64,000 bases of DNA from the NCBI GenBank assembly GCA_963668675.2, contig CAXXMB010000002.1, forward strand, positions 1,920,001 through 1,984,000. The letters are read 5' to 3'. This document shows, piece by piece, positions 19,768 through 30,015 of this stretch. The stretch comes from an uncultured Desulfatitalea sp. (GTDB lineage Bacteria > Desulfobacterota > Desulfobacteria > Desulfobacterales > Desulfosarcinaceae). The notes beneath the pieces were generated by a model. The model had not been told where the DNA came from. It saw only the letters and a list, made by a program, of their open reading frames with translations, and ran no database searches. A program made the position numbers and the translations under genes. The number at the start of each line of letters is the position of its first letter. Positions within the stretch are counted from its first letter, which is position 1.

Positions 19768-19971
19768 ATGCCCACTTTGGAAGACCGTTACTTATCGGTT
19801 ACCGAAATATGCGAATACCTCGGTGTTAGCAATGACACGGTATACAAATGGATCGATAAACATGAAATGCCTGCCCACCGTATGGGACGTCTATGGAAAT
19901 TCAAAAAGGACGAAGTCGATTGTTGGGTAAAAGACGGTGGCGCATCCAAACATAGAAATCAAGGCCAGTAA
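19768..19971 (+). CDS. Excisionase-like HTH (HTH_17) protein leading the BREX operon
   Basis: YLSVTEICEYLGVSNDTVYKWI...PAHRMGRLWKFKKDEVD; TAATG overlap with brxA. Confidence 0.88.
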   Translation: MPTLEDRYLSVTEICEYLGVSNDTVYKWIDKHEMPAHRMGRLWKFKKDEVDCWVKDGGASKHRNQGQ

Positions 19972-20597
19972 TGAAACACCAAAGATACAGCATGTCATTT
20001 ACAACAGGCACTCTATTTCACTTGGAATCTGTGAGGATAGCGGGATTATTTCTTGAGCTCAACGATTGGAATACGGTTCGAAAGACGGTCATAGCCAATA
20101 ATGCTTTACAAGCAAGAACGTTTAACACCCTAAAGCGTGTCTGCCGTGAAATTATATCCAGGTTAAAAACTCTCGGCTCCGATGAGCTGGATTTGCTCGT
20201 CAAAAGTAACTCGCAGGAACAAGGATACATTCTATGGCTGGCGGTTTGTCGTCGCTATACTTTTATCGCAGATTTTGCATCCGAGGTGCTTCGTGAACGC
20301 CACATCAGCTTAAAAACCGATCTTCATTATGCAGATTTTGATTTTTTTTTCAATAAGACCTCAGAATGGCATCCTGAGCTTGATGAGATAAGCCCGGCAA
20401 CCAGAAAGAAGCTGCGTCAGGTTTTATTTAAAATCTTGAGGGAGGCCGACCTTCTTTCTCCAGACCATACCATCAAAGCTGCCCTGCTAAGCCCTCGCTT
20501 CTTGGCGGCAATTCCTTATGGCAATCGTAGCGACATAGAAGTTTTTCCTGTTTTTGAATCCGATATAGATTGGAATGACCATGAAGTTAGAAGTTGA
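19971..20597 (+). CDS. brxA: BREX protein BrxA (DUF1819)
   Basis: YSMSFTTG, NNALQART, KLRQVLFKILREA; position in the operon. Confidence 0.88.
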   Translation: MKHQRYSMSFTTGTLFHLESVRIAGLFLELNDWNTVRKTVIANNALQARTFNTLKRVCREIISRLKTLGSDELDLLVKSNSQEQGYILWLAVCRRYTFIADFASEVLRERHISLKTDLHYADFDFFFNKTSEWHPELDEISPATRKKLRQVLFKILREADLLSPDHTIKAALLSPRFLAAIPYGNRSDIEVFPVFESDIDWNDHEVRS

Positions 20598-21192
20598 TCA
20601 AATGACCATGCAGGAGAGATTCCAGCATCTCTTTGATGTCATTTCCGGGAAACGATTTCTTAATAAACAAGGGCTCGGCAATGAAGTGCCATTTTTTATT
20701 TGCCCATTTAAACCCAAAGAGTCTGTTGAAATGGCACGAATTCGCCGTCAACTTGTAAACCGCCTTGAACAAACCGCTGTACGGGTGCTGGAGATCAACT
20801 TGTACGACCTTTCCATAGAGATCCTCCAAGAGCGCGGCATCTGGGAACGGGTCCTTGAAATGGAGCAATCCGTTTCAAAAGATGAACTCAAAGAGCTGCT
20901 ACAAGGTGTCCTTGATCCGGAAACTCACCTGATTCCCGCGATAGCTACAAAGCTCACGAACAATGAGTTCGACGTATTGTTCATTTCCGGGGTTGGAGAG
21001 GTTTTCCCCTATATCCGTTCCCACAACGTACTTAATAATTTGCAAAGCACCGCAAAAGAGAAACCAACCGTCATGTTTTTCCCGGGTGCCTATACCCACT
21101 CACTGGAATCAGGCGCATCGCTCGATCTTTTCGGGAGACTGCACGATGACAAATATTATCGAGCTTTCAACATATACCATTGCGAAGTGTAA
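20575..21192 (+). CDS. brxB: BREX protein BrxB (DUF1788)
   Basis: GLGNEVPFFI, GVGEVFPYIRSH, MFFPG, YYRAF. Confidence 0.92.
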   Translation: MTMKLEVDQMTMQERFQHLFDVISGKRFLNKQGLGNEVPFFICPFKPKESVEMARIRRQLVNRLEQTAVRVLEINLYDLSIEILQERGIWERVLEMEQSVSKDELKELLQGVLDPETHLIPAIATKLTNNEFDVLFISGVGEVFPYIRSHNVLNNLQSTAKEKPTVMFFPGAYTHSLESGASLDLFGRLHDDKYYRAFNIYHCEV

Positions 21193-21206
21193 GCGGAGGA
21201 ACCCTG

Positions 21207-24200
21207 ATGACCCTGAAGACCATATTCAAACAACCTGTAGACCGACCCATTGAGGGGGTTATCAAAGCTGATGATGAAGCAAGTCTGCGCCTTGAAATAG
21301 AAGAGTATGTGTTAACCAATGAGGTGGAAAAGCGGCTTGAATCATTTCTAAGTGCTTATAACCAATATGAAGGTGCCAATGGCGTGTGGATATCCGGCTT
21401 CTTCGGATCAGGTAAATCACACTTATTGAAAGTGCTCGCACTGCTTTTGGAAAATCGCCCTTTGGATGGTAACAGCACCATTGATTTGTTTGAACCCAAA
21501 TGTGAGGATAACGAGATCCTACGAGGCGATCTCAAGCGGGCGGTCAGCATCCCCTCCAAAAGCATACTGTTCAATATCGACCAAAAGGCCGACGTCATCA
21601 GCAAAACGCAAATTGATGCGCTCCTTTCCGTATTTGTAAAGGTTTTCGACGAGATGTGTGGCTATTACGGCAAGCAGGGACACATCGCACAATTTGAGCG
21701 TGATCTTGATAGCCGCAGTTTGTATGAAGCGTTTAAAGCCGCTTATGAAGCCACAGCAGGGCTTGCCTGGCAAAAAGGCCGCGAACAGGCGTTGTTGGAG
21801 TCCAGAAATATTGCAACGGCATATGCTCAAGTCACTGGTGAAGATGATGCCGCCGCACTTGGCATTCTCGATAAGTATCGAAATCAGTACCGTGTATCCA
21901 TTGAGGACTTTGCCGAGCAAGTGAAAGCTTATGTGGACAGACAAGGCCCTGACTTCCGCCTGAATTTTTTCGTTGACGAAGTCGGCCAATACATTGCGGG
22001 CAATGTCAAATTGATGACCAATCTGCAAACCATTGCAGAGAGCCTTGCCACCAAATGCCGAGGACGTGCCTGGATCATCGTAACAGCCCAGGAAAACATG
22101 AACACCGTCATCGGCGAAATGAACACCCAACAGAGCAATGACTTTTCTAAAATTCAAGCTCGCTTTGCCAACCGCATGAAACTGACCAGCGCCGATGTGG
22201 CCGAGGTTATTCAGAAGCGTCTTTTATTGAAAAACGACTTGGGGGTTCAGCTGCTCTCGGACATCTACCAAGCAGAACTGAACAACTTTCGGACCCTATT
22301 CGATTTTGTCGATGGCTCGGCAACCTACCGCAACTTCCAGGACCTTGATCATTTTAATCAATGCTATCCCTTTATCCCTTATCAATTTGCTCTGTTCCAG
22401 ACCGCAATTCAAAACCTTTCCCAACATAACGCTTTTGAAGGCAAACATAGCTCGGTGGGGGAGCGTTCCATGCTGGGTGTCTTTCAGCAAGTGGCCGTAC
22501 AAATCAGCAACCACGAAATCGGTCAACTTGCCACCTTCGACCTCATGTTTGAAGGTATTCGAACCGCACTCAAATCCAACATCCAACGCGCTATTTTGCA
22601 AGCAGAGAAACACCTCGGTGACCCATATGCCGTGCGCGTACTTAAAGCGCTATTTCTGGTCAAATATGTAAAGGAGTTTAAGCCGACCCCCAGAAACTTG
22701 AGTGTGTTGATGCTCGATGGCTTTAACGTGGACCTGCCTCAACTGCACAAGAAGGTCGAAGAAGCCCTCAACCTTCTGGAACAACAGACTTATATTCAGC
22801 GCAACGGTGAACTGCTTGAATATCTTACCGATGAGGAAAAAGACGTTGAGCAGGAAATCAAAAACACTGAGGTGGAATCCAGCGATGTTGCAGCAGAGCT
22901 GGAAAAGATCATTTTCGATTACATAATTAAGAATCGAAAAATTCGCTACGATGAAAATGGGCAAGACTACCCTTACTCAAGAAAGCTCGATGACCGGTTG
23001 CACGGCCGGGAATATGAGTTGGCCATTCATGTGATCACGCCGTTTCACGAACACGTGGAGAATGAAGCCACGCTTAAAATGCAGGGATGGGAAAGGGATG
23101 AATTATTGGTGTTGATGCCGCCCGATGATCGCCTCGTTCGGGATATTCTCATGTACAAACGAACTGAAAAGTACATCCGACAGAACATATCGGTTACCCA
23201 GCAGGAATCGGTCAAACGCATTTTAACGGATAAAGGCTTTCAAAATACCAGTCGTTACGCCGAACTGCAGCAACGTATGCGCAAACTATTGGGGCAAGCG
23301 AAACTATATGTTGCAGGCCATGATGTTGAAATAGGATCGGAAGATGCACAGACGAGATTAATAAAAAGTTTTCATGAACTTATTGCGAGGACGTATCCTA
23401 ATCTTCGCATGTTGCGTGGCCTCTCATACACTGAAAAAGATGTCACTAAATGTCTCAACCATTCTCAGCAGAGTCTTTTTGGAAACGATGCCATATCGCT
23501 ATCCGAAGCCGAACAGGAAATGCTCGCATTTATTCAAAGCAATAACCGGGGCGGCGTACGAACAACCATTAAGAACCTTCTGGATAAATTTGAACGCAAA
23601 CCATGCGGTTGGTACTATGCAGCCATAATCTGCACACTCGCCAACCTTTGCGCCCGAGGTAAAGTAGAAGTACGGGTTGACGGCAATCTTCTTGAAGATG
23701 AAGCTCTTGAACGTGCTTTGCGCAATACCCATGGGCATGCCAATGTCGTATTGGAACCACAAGTTGAATTCACAGCCTCCCAGGTTCGGGCGCTAAAAGA
23801 GTTTTATGAGGACTTTTTTGATGCGCCACCCAAGGCGAGCGAGGCAAAAGCCTTAGGCAAAGAGACCGGCGCTGCACTCCAGGAGCTGATCCATCAATTA
23901 GAGCCTTTGGCCTCCCAGGCTTCGCGCTACCCCTTCCTTAATACACTTGCGTCCGTACTTGACACCTTAAAGGATATCAAGGGCAAACCATATACCTGGT
24001 ACCTGACCGAGTTGGCACGTCAGAATGATGACCTGCTTGATATGAAGGAAGACGTCATTGACCCCATACGAAAATTTATGAAAGGCCCGCAAAAAGAGAT
24101 CTTTGACCGTGCGCGTAAATTTATACAAACCCAGGAGCCCAATTTCCCATACATAGAAGGAGATGAAACCTCTCAAGTCATTGAGGCGCTGAGTGGTACC

Positions 24201-24758
24201 GACTGCTATAAAAACAACTGCATGCAGAAGGTAAAAACCACTATCGACACACTGCAAGGCAGAATCACGGAGCAGATCAATGCAGAGATCACCAAATCCA
24301 AGGCTGCTGTTGACACACTCAAGGCACGCCTTTGCAGCATGGCTGAATTTGAAATGCTCACCCAAGCCCAGCAAGAACAGATCACTCAGCCATTCATCCA
24401 ATTTTCAGAAGCACTTGAAAGCCAGAGGTTGATCGCTGTCATACGCGATAACTTGCGTCGCTTCGAGGAATCAGAGTACGGGCAATTGCTGTCCCAAACA
24501 GCCGCTTGGGCAAAACCAGAGCCTGAGAAAACCGAAATAAAAGAAGGCGGTAAAGAAAAGACCGAAAATAATGGAAAGGGCACCGCTGATCCTATAGTCA
24601 AGCCCGCAGCCGATGTTGAGTATATATCCCGCCAGGCTATCAGCGTTTCATATGATAAGGCGTGGCTTGCCGATGAATCGGATCTGGACCGGTACCTTGA
24701 AGCTACAAAGCAAGCGTTTCTTGCAGAGATTCGAAAAGGAAAAAGGATTCAGATATGA
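21207..24758 (+). CDS. brxC: BREX P-loop ATPase BrxC
   Basis: RPIEGVIKAD, WISGFFGSGKSH, FFVDEVGQY, YPFIPYQF, GERSML; GGAGG RBS. Confidence 0.95.
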   Translation: MTLKTIFKQPVDRPIEGVIKADDEASLRLEIEEYVLTNEVEKRLESFLSAYNQYEGANGVWISGFFGSGKSHLLKVLALLLENRPLDGNSTIDLFEPKCEDNEILRGDLKRAVSIPSKSILFNIDQKADVISKTQIDALLSVFVKVFDEMCGYYGKQGHIAQFERDLDSRSLYEAFKAAYEATAGLAWQKGREQALLESRNIATAYAQVTGEDDAAALGILDKYRNQYRVSIEDFAEQVKAYVDRQGPDFRLNFFVDEVGQYIAGNVKLMTNLQTIAESLATKCRGRAWIIVTAQENMNTVIGEMNTQQSNDFSKIQARFANRMKLTSADVAEVIQKRLLLKNDLGVQLLSDIYQAELNNFRTLFDFVDGSATYRNFQDLDHFNQCYPFIPYQFALFQTAIQNLSQHNAFEGKHSSVGERSMLGVFQQVAVQISNHEIGQLATFDLMFEGIRTALKSNIQRAILQAEKHLGDPYAVRVLKALFLVKYVKEFKPTPRNLSVLMLDGFNVDLPQLHKKVEEALNLLEQQTYIQRNGELLEYLTDEEKDVEQEIKNTEVESSDVAAELEKIIFDYIIKNRKIRYDENGQDYPYSRKLDDRLHGREYELAIHVITPFHEHVENEATLKMQGWERDELLVLMPPDDRLVRDILMYKRTEKYIRQNISVTQQESVKRILTDKGFQNTSRYAELQQRMRKLLGQAKLYVAGHDVEIGSEDAQTRLIKSFHELIARTYPNLRMLRGLSYTEKDVTKCLNHSQQSLFGNDAISLSEAEQEMLAFIQSNNRGGVRTTIKNLLDKFERKPCGWYYAAIICTLANLCARGKVEVRVDGNLLEDEALERALRNTHGHANVVLEPQVEFTASQVRALKEFYEDFFDAPPKASEAKALGKETGAALQELIHQLEPLASQASRYPFLNTLASVLDTLKDIKGKPYTWYLTELARQNDDLLDMKEDVIDPIRKFMKGPQKEIFDRARKFIQTQEPNFPYIEGDETSQVIEALSGTDCYKNNCMQKVKTTIDTLQGRITEQINAEITKSKAAVDTLKARLCSMAEFEMLTQAQQEQITQPFIQFSEALESQRLIAVIRDNLRRFEESEYGQLLSQTAAWAKPEPEKTEIKEGGKEKTENNGKGTADPIVKPAADVEYISRQAISVSYDKAWLADESDLDRYLEATKQAFLAEIRKGKRIQI

Positions 24759-25912
24759 TCAAACGGCTCGAGCTGAAAAACTTCACGGCATTCCGAAACC
24801 TGAGTATCGATTTTTCCCCTAAAATCAGCGTGATCGTGGGTGAAAACGGTACAGGCAAGACACATGTACTCAAGGCCGCTTATTGCCTCTGCATGGACAG
24901 CTCACATACGAACCAAATACCCAACAATGCCCACAATACGTTTGAGGAAGCCCTCACCGCCAAAATACTGCGCCTTTTTATGCCGCTGGATAACCGACTA
25001 AGCAAGATTCGCCATAATGGTACCAAGGGAAAATCCCAGCTTAAAGCCGACTTTCATTTGGATACAACCCTGTCTTTATTCTTTTCTGGCAATTCAAAAG
25101 CAGTAACCATGCAAAACAACGCAAAGAACATAAAGCATAATGGCGAACCTGTATTTATCCCTACCAAAGAAGTGCTCTCATTGATGAAAGGTATTAGCTC
25201 CAAGAATGCTGATCAGCAGACGATAAGAAGCATTTTCGACGACACCTATCTTGATCTTTGCCAGGCGCTGCTCAAGCCAGCTGGGCAGACCAACTCAGAT
25301 CAGATCGACCTGGATCCAAGATTCGGTACCGTATTTCCAAAAATGGTGAACGCCATTGGCGGCAGGTTCGATTTTCATATGGGCAATATAAGTTTTCAAC
25401 AAGGCAGCTATGAACAAAAGCGAGTTAGTGATCAGCACAAATATGGGGATAAGACCAAGACCGTCTTTAAAACGCTACAAGGCCATAGGCTTTCCAACAA
25501 CATGACGGCCGAGGGGTTTAAAAAAATTGGCGAATTACAACAACTGCTACAGAACCAAAGCCTACAGCCCGGTATTTCCGGTCCGCTCTTCTGGGATGAA
25601 CCTGAATGCAACATGAATCCGAAACTGATGAGCCTATTGGTGGAAATTCTCTTGGAGCTGTCTCGCAACGGCCAGCAGATTGTTATTGCAACCCATGACT
25701 ACGTACTGCTCAAGTGGTTCGACCTGTTGATGGATAAAGATAAAGAGGACCATGTGCTGTTCCACAGTTTGTACCGTGATGACAACACCAGGGAAATCAA
25801 AATCAATACCACGGATGACTATTTAAACATTATCCCCAACCCCATTGATGAGGCGTTTGGAACTCTCATAAATCAGGAAATTACCAATGACATGGGGGAG
25901 CTTGGCAAATGA
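24755..25912 (+). CDS. ABC/SMC-type ATPase (AAA_15/AAA_21-like) nested in BREX
   Basis: LKNFTAF, GENGTGKT, signature-like TAEG, Walker B FWDEPECNMNP, H-loop IATHD. Confidence 0.88.
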   Translation: MIKRLELKNFTAFRNLSIDFSPKISVIVGENGTGKTHVLKAAYCLCMDSSHTNQIPNNAHNTFEEALTAKILRLFMPLDNRLSKIRHNGTKGKSQLKADFHLDTTLSLFFSGNSKAVTMQNNAKNIKHNGEPVFIPTKEVLSLMKGISSKNADQQTIRSIFDDTYLDLCQALLKPAGQTNSDQIDLDPRFGTVFPKMVNAIGGRFDFHMGNISFQQGSYEQKRVSDQHKYGDKTKTVFKTLQGHRLSNNMTAEGFKKIGELQQLLQNQSLQPGISGPLFWDEPECNMNPKLMSLLVEILLELSRNGQQIVIATHDYVLLKWFDLLMDKDKEDHVLFHSLYRDDNTREIKINTTDDYLNIIPNPIDEAFGTLINQEITNDMGELGK

Positions 25913-26451
25913 AGATCGTTACGGCCGATGGTTTTGAATTCAAATTCGCAGATGCAGTGGATGCTTTCGTATTTGACGAAACAGACAGAACGAAGCCGAC
26001 CTATCATGGCGCACCCATGAAAGGGGTTGATGTCGTAGCTGAATTTGAACAAGCTTATCTCTTCATAGAACTGAAAGACTACGATGACCCCACTCTTTAT
26101 GACATCATTAATGCTTCGACAGACGATGAAAAAAAATCACGGCAAGGTTATTTCAAGTGGCTGAAAAATTATCTTAAATACAAATACAGAGATTCCTATC
26201 TCTACCGCCACGCCGAACAGAAGGTGGAAAAACCCGTCCACTATATTTGCCTGCTTAACTTTGATAACGCGTTGAACAGTCTAATGCAAAAAAACCTGAA
26301 ACGGGAACTGCCGGTAGGTAAAGCATCGCGCCGTTGGTTGCGGGTCCTTGCCACCAGTTGCCAAGTTGTGAATGTTGACAAGTGGAATGAGAACTTCCCC
26401 AAATGGCCGGTGAGACGACTATCTGACGGAACTGTTCAAGAAGGAGCATAA
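25909..26451 (+). CDS. Putative PD-(D/E)xK nuclease partner of the ATPase
   Basis: KGVDVVAE....LFIELKDY; ATGA-coupled to the ATPase. Confidence 0.6.
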   Translation: MKIVTADGFEFKFADAVDAFVFDETDRTKPTYHGAPMKGVDVVAEFEQAYLFIELKDYDDPTLYDIINASTDDEKKSRQGYFKWLKNYLKYKYRDSYLYRHAEQKVEKPVHYICLLNFDNALNSLMQKNLKRELPVGKASRRWLRVLATSCQVVNVDKWNENFPKWPVRRLSDGTVQEGA

Positions 26452-26459
26452 TAACCCTC

Positions 26460-29400
26460 GTGGAAACATCAAAACTAAAAAAATTCGCCCAGTTTGCTCG
26501 TCGCACTTTGATCGAGCAGATCTCTGCAAAGTTAAAACACGTGTTGGACACCGGCAGTGCGGCAAGGCGTGAACGCCCAGAAGCGATAAAACGGCTCGAA
26601 GAGCGCATCGCGATCAATAGTGAGGATCGGGTGGTCGAGCGGATTGCCTACATCTGGTTCAATCGCTTTTGCGCCCTGCGATTTATGGATGTAAACCGGT
26701 TTACCCGTATTGGTATCGTATCCCCTGCGGAAGGGCAATTCCAGCCGGAAATCTTGGCCGATGCCAAAATGGGGCATATTGACGAAGCGCTGATTGGTGA
26801 CAAAGCGCGACGGCAGATCCTTGACTTGCTTGAGGGAAAAGCACCCAGTCGTGATCCGCAGAGTGAAGCCTATCGGTTGCTGGTGGTTGGGGCCTGTAAC
26901 CATTGGCACCGGGCCATGCCTTTTCTGTTTGAACGGATTGACGATTACACAGAACTGTTGATGCCCGATGACTTGTTATCAGGCAACTCCATTCTGGCCT
27001 ACACCCGTGAGACCCTGACGCCCGACGTTTGCAAAGATGTGGAGGTGATCGGGTGGCTTTACCAGTTCTATATCTCAGAGAAGAAAGATGAGGTGTTCGA
27101 GGGGCTGAAGAAAAACAAAAAGATTACCCCGGAAAACATCCCTGCCGCCACGCAACTTTTCACCCCCCACTGGATCGTGCGCTACCTTGTGGAAAACTCC
27201 CTTGGTCGCTTGTGGATGCTCAACCACCCCAACTCAGGGTTGGTCGAGCAGATGGACTACTACATCAAACCCGCGCAAGCTGAAACCGATTTTTTGCGCA
27301 TCAACACTCCGGAGGAGATCAAAATCTGCGATCCGGCCTGCGGTTCCGGCCACATGCTCACCTATGCCTTTGACCTGCTCTATGCCATCTATGAAGAGGA
27401 GGGCTACGAGTCTGCAGACATCCCAGAAAAGATTTTGACCCACAATCTTTATGGCATAGAGATTGACGAACGCGCCGGGGCGTTGGCCGCCTTTGCCCTC
27501 ACCATGAAAGCCCGCGCACGCTCACGTCGGTTTTTCCGCAAGCCGGTGCAGCCCAATATTTGTGTTCTGGAAAATGTTCGATTTGAGAGCAGTGAGATCA
27601 AGAATTACATGGAGTTCATCGGGTCGAACCTTTTCACTGCACCACTCCGGGATACCTTGCGTCAGTTCGAAGAGGCCAAAAACTTCGGTTCGCTGATACG
27701 GCCGGAAGTCAAAGATGTGAACACCATTTTAGATATTCTTGAGGAAAAGAATGTATCAGGAGATATGTTTCTCAGTCCAACCCATCAGAAGGTGCTCCGG
27801 GTTTTGTGGCAAGTTGATTATCTGAGTCCGAAATATCATGTGGTGATCGCCAATCCGCCGTATATGGGTGCTAGTAATGCGAATAACCGCCTGAAATCCT
27901 GGCTTTCAAGCAACTATCAGGAAGAAAAAAACGACTTATTCGCTGCATTTATTGATCGAAACCTTTCACTTTCTCTGGCCAAGGGTTCCGTCGCAATGAT
28001 TACCATGCAAAATTGGATGTTCATTTCCAGATATGAAGGCTTCAGGTCGAAACTTCTTTCTCGGGGAACAGTTCTGTCCATGGCACATCTTGGAGAACGT
28101 GCTTTCGATTCGATTGGCGGGGAAGTTGTGTCGACCACGGCATTTGTGATTTCGACGCAGCCCAACCAAGATTTTCCTGGGTTTTATGTACGGCTAACTG
28201 AAGGCAGATCAGAAAAGGAAAAGTCAGAACTTTTAACTAATGCAGCAAACAATCCTGCGTGTGGTTATATGTTTAAAACCAGGATTGTTGATTTTCATAA
28301 AATACCTGGAAACCCTTTAGCTTACTGGGTACCTAACTCCTTAAGAGATGTTTTTGCAAGTCACCCATCATTTGACAGCGTACTTGAGGCCCGTGAGGGT
28401 TTGACCACAGGAAAAAATGACGATTACGTCAGGTTTTCATTTGAGGTCTCTACCTCCAAAGTGTACCGACATGCTGCAGACCGCCAGGAAGCGGTTGAAT
28501 CTCAGTGCAAGTGGTTCCCGTATAACAAGGGGGGCGAGAAAAGGAAATGGTATGGGAATGATGACTTCATCCTGTACTGGGAAAATGATGGCGAGATGTT
28601 GCAAACCCGAAAACACCCTTCAGGTGATCGCATCTGGGCTCATAACTTTAATCTCGACTTTATATTTCGGCCTTCAATTTCGTGGTCCGACATAACAACA
28701 AAAGGGTTATCCGCGAGACTTTTCCCAGAAGGATATCTATTTGATGCAACTGGTCTGAGCGCATTCAATCGGAAAGCCGATGATTGGAGGCCCTATGTGG
28801 CAGCCATTTGCAACTCAAAAGTAGGCACATTTGTTTCCACGCTTTTAAATCCTACATTGCATTTCAAGTCTGGTGATTTTTCCGAAATGCCACTCGTGCA
28901 TAAGGATCGTGATCTTGTTGAGAAGCAAGTGGGCATTGCTATAAAGCTAAGCATAACAGATTGGCACTCTTATGAAACCTCTTGGAACTTCACCAGCCTG
29001 CCTTTGCTGAATCACGACTACCGTCAGTCAGCTCTAAAGGCCACCTACCAGAAGCTCCGCGCACACTGGCGGGAGATGACACTGGAGATGCAGCGGCTGG
29101 AGCAAGAAAACAACCGCATCTTTATTGAAGCCTACGGTCTGCAGGATGAGCTGGATGAAAAGATTGAACTCAACCAAATAACACTGACCTGCAACCCACA
29201 CTACCGCTACGGCAACGACAAGAGCGAGGAAGAGGTGGAGGTGCTGCTTTCGGCCGATACCATACGCGAGCTGATCTCCTATGCCGTGGGTTGCATGTTC
29301 GGCCGCTACGCGCTGGATAAGCCAGGGTTGATTCTGGCTAATCAGGGTGAGACCATAGAAGACTATCTGAATAAAATTCCTGAACCGAGCTTTCCAGCCG

Positions 29401-29999
29401 ATGACGATAACGTCATCCCCATGCTCGATGGCGACTGGTTTACCGATGATATTGTCGAGCGCTTTCGTAAATTCCTACGCGTAACCTTTGGTGAGGAGCA
29501 TTACGAAGCCAACCTCAAGTTCATAGAAAAGGCTTTGGGTAAAAACGGCAAGGCCCAAAAAATCCGCAACTATTTTCTCAAAGAGTTTTACAGCGACCAT
29601 GTCAAACGATACAAGAAGCGCCCAATTTATTGGCTTTTCTCCAGCCCCAACGGGAGTTTTAATGCGCTTATCTATATGCACCGCTATCGTCCGGACACGG
29701 TGAGTGTAGTGCTCAACGACTACCTGCGCGATTTTCGCACCAAGCTTACCACCCATCTGGAACACCTTTCGCGGGTGGAAGCCAGTGCCGATGCCTCAAA
29801 AAGTGAAAAAACAAAGGCGCTGAAAGAGATCGAACGGCTGAATAAGATCACCGCCGAGCTTGACGCCTGGGAGCGTGATGTACTCTTTCCCTTGGCCAGC
29901 AAGCAGGTAAAGATCAACCTCGACGATGGGGTAAAGGTCAACTATCCTAAATTCGGTGAAGCCTTGAAAAAAATACCGGGGTTGAGTCCAACAAAATAG
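26460..29999 (+). CDS. pglX: BREX-1 adenine methyltransferase PglX
   Basis: IGWLYQFY, ATQLFTPHWIV, DPACGSGH, ANPPYMG, KRPIYW, DDGVKVNY. Confidence 0.96.
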   Translation: METSKLKKFAQFARRTLIEQISAKLKHVLDTGSAARRERPEAIKRLEERIAINSEDRVVERIAYIWFNRFCALRFMDVNRFTRIGIVSPAEGQFQPEILADAKMGHIDEALIGDKARRQILDLLEGKAPSRDPQSEAYRLLVVGACNHWHRAMPFLFERIDDYTELLMPDDLLSGNSILAYTRETLTPDVCKDVEVIGWLYQFYISEKKDEVFEGLKKNKKITPENIPAATQLFTPHWIVRYLVENSLGRLWMLNHPNSGLVEQMDYYIKPAQAETDFLRINTPEEIKICDPACGSGHMLTYAFDLLYAIYEEEGYESADIPEKILTHNLYGIEIDERAGALAAFALTMKARARSRRFFRKPVQPNICVLENVRFESSEIKNYMEFIGSNLFTAPLRDTLRQFEEAKNFGSLIRPEVKDVNTILDILEEKNVSGDMFLSPTHQKVLRVLWQVDYLSPKYHVVIANPPYMGASNANNRLKSWLSSNYQEEKNDLFAAFIDRNLSLSLAKGSVAMITMQNWMFISRYEGFRSKLLSRGTVLSMAHLGERAFDSIGGEVVSTTAFVISTQPNQDFPGFYVRLTEGRSEKEKSELLTNAANNPACGYMFKTRIVDFHKIPGNPLAYWVPNSLRDVFASHPSFDSVLEAREGLTTGKNDDYVRFSFEVSTSKVYRHAADRQEAVESQCKWFPYNKGGEKRKWYGNDDFILYWENDGEMLQTRKHPSGDRIWAHNFNLDFIFRPSISWSDITTKGLSARLFPEGYLFDATGLSAFNRKADDWRPYVAAICNSKVGTFVSTLLNPTLHFKSGDFSEMPLVHKDRDLVEKQVGIAIKLSITDWHSYETSWNFTSLPLLNHDYRQSALKATYQKLRAHWREMTLEMQRLEQENNRIFIEAYGLQDELDEKIELNQITLTCNPHYRYGNDKSEEEVEVLLSADTIRELISYAVGCMFGRYALDKPGLILANQGETIEDYLNKIPEPSFPADDDNVIPMLDGDWFTDDIVERFRKFLRVTFGEEHYEANLKFIEKALGKNGKAQKIRNYFLKEFYSDHVKRYKKRPIYWLFSSPNGSFNALIYMHRYRPDTVSVVLNDYLRDFRTKLTTHLEHLSRVEASADASKSEKTKALKEIERLNKITAELDAWERDVLFPLASKQVKINLDDGVKVNYPKFGEALKKIPGLSPTK

Positions 30000-30015
30000 A
30001 GAAAGGATAGATTTA

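Noticed and set aside
26460..29999. Phase variation or shuffling of pglX
   Set aside because: The ORF is intact; I saw no partial second copy, recombinase or long simple repeat.
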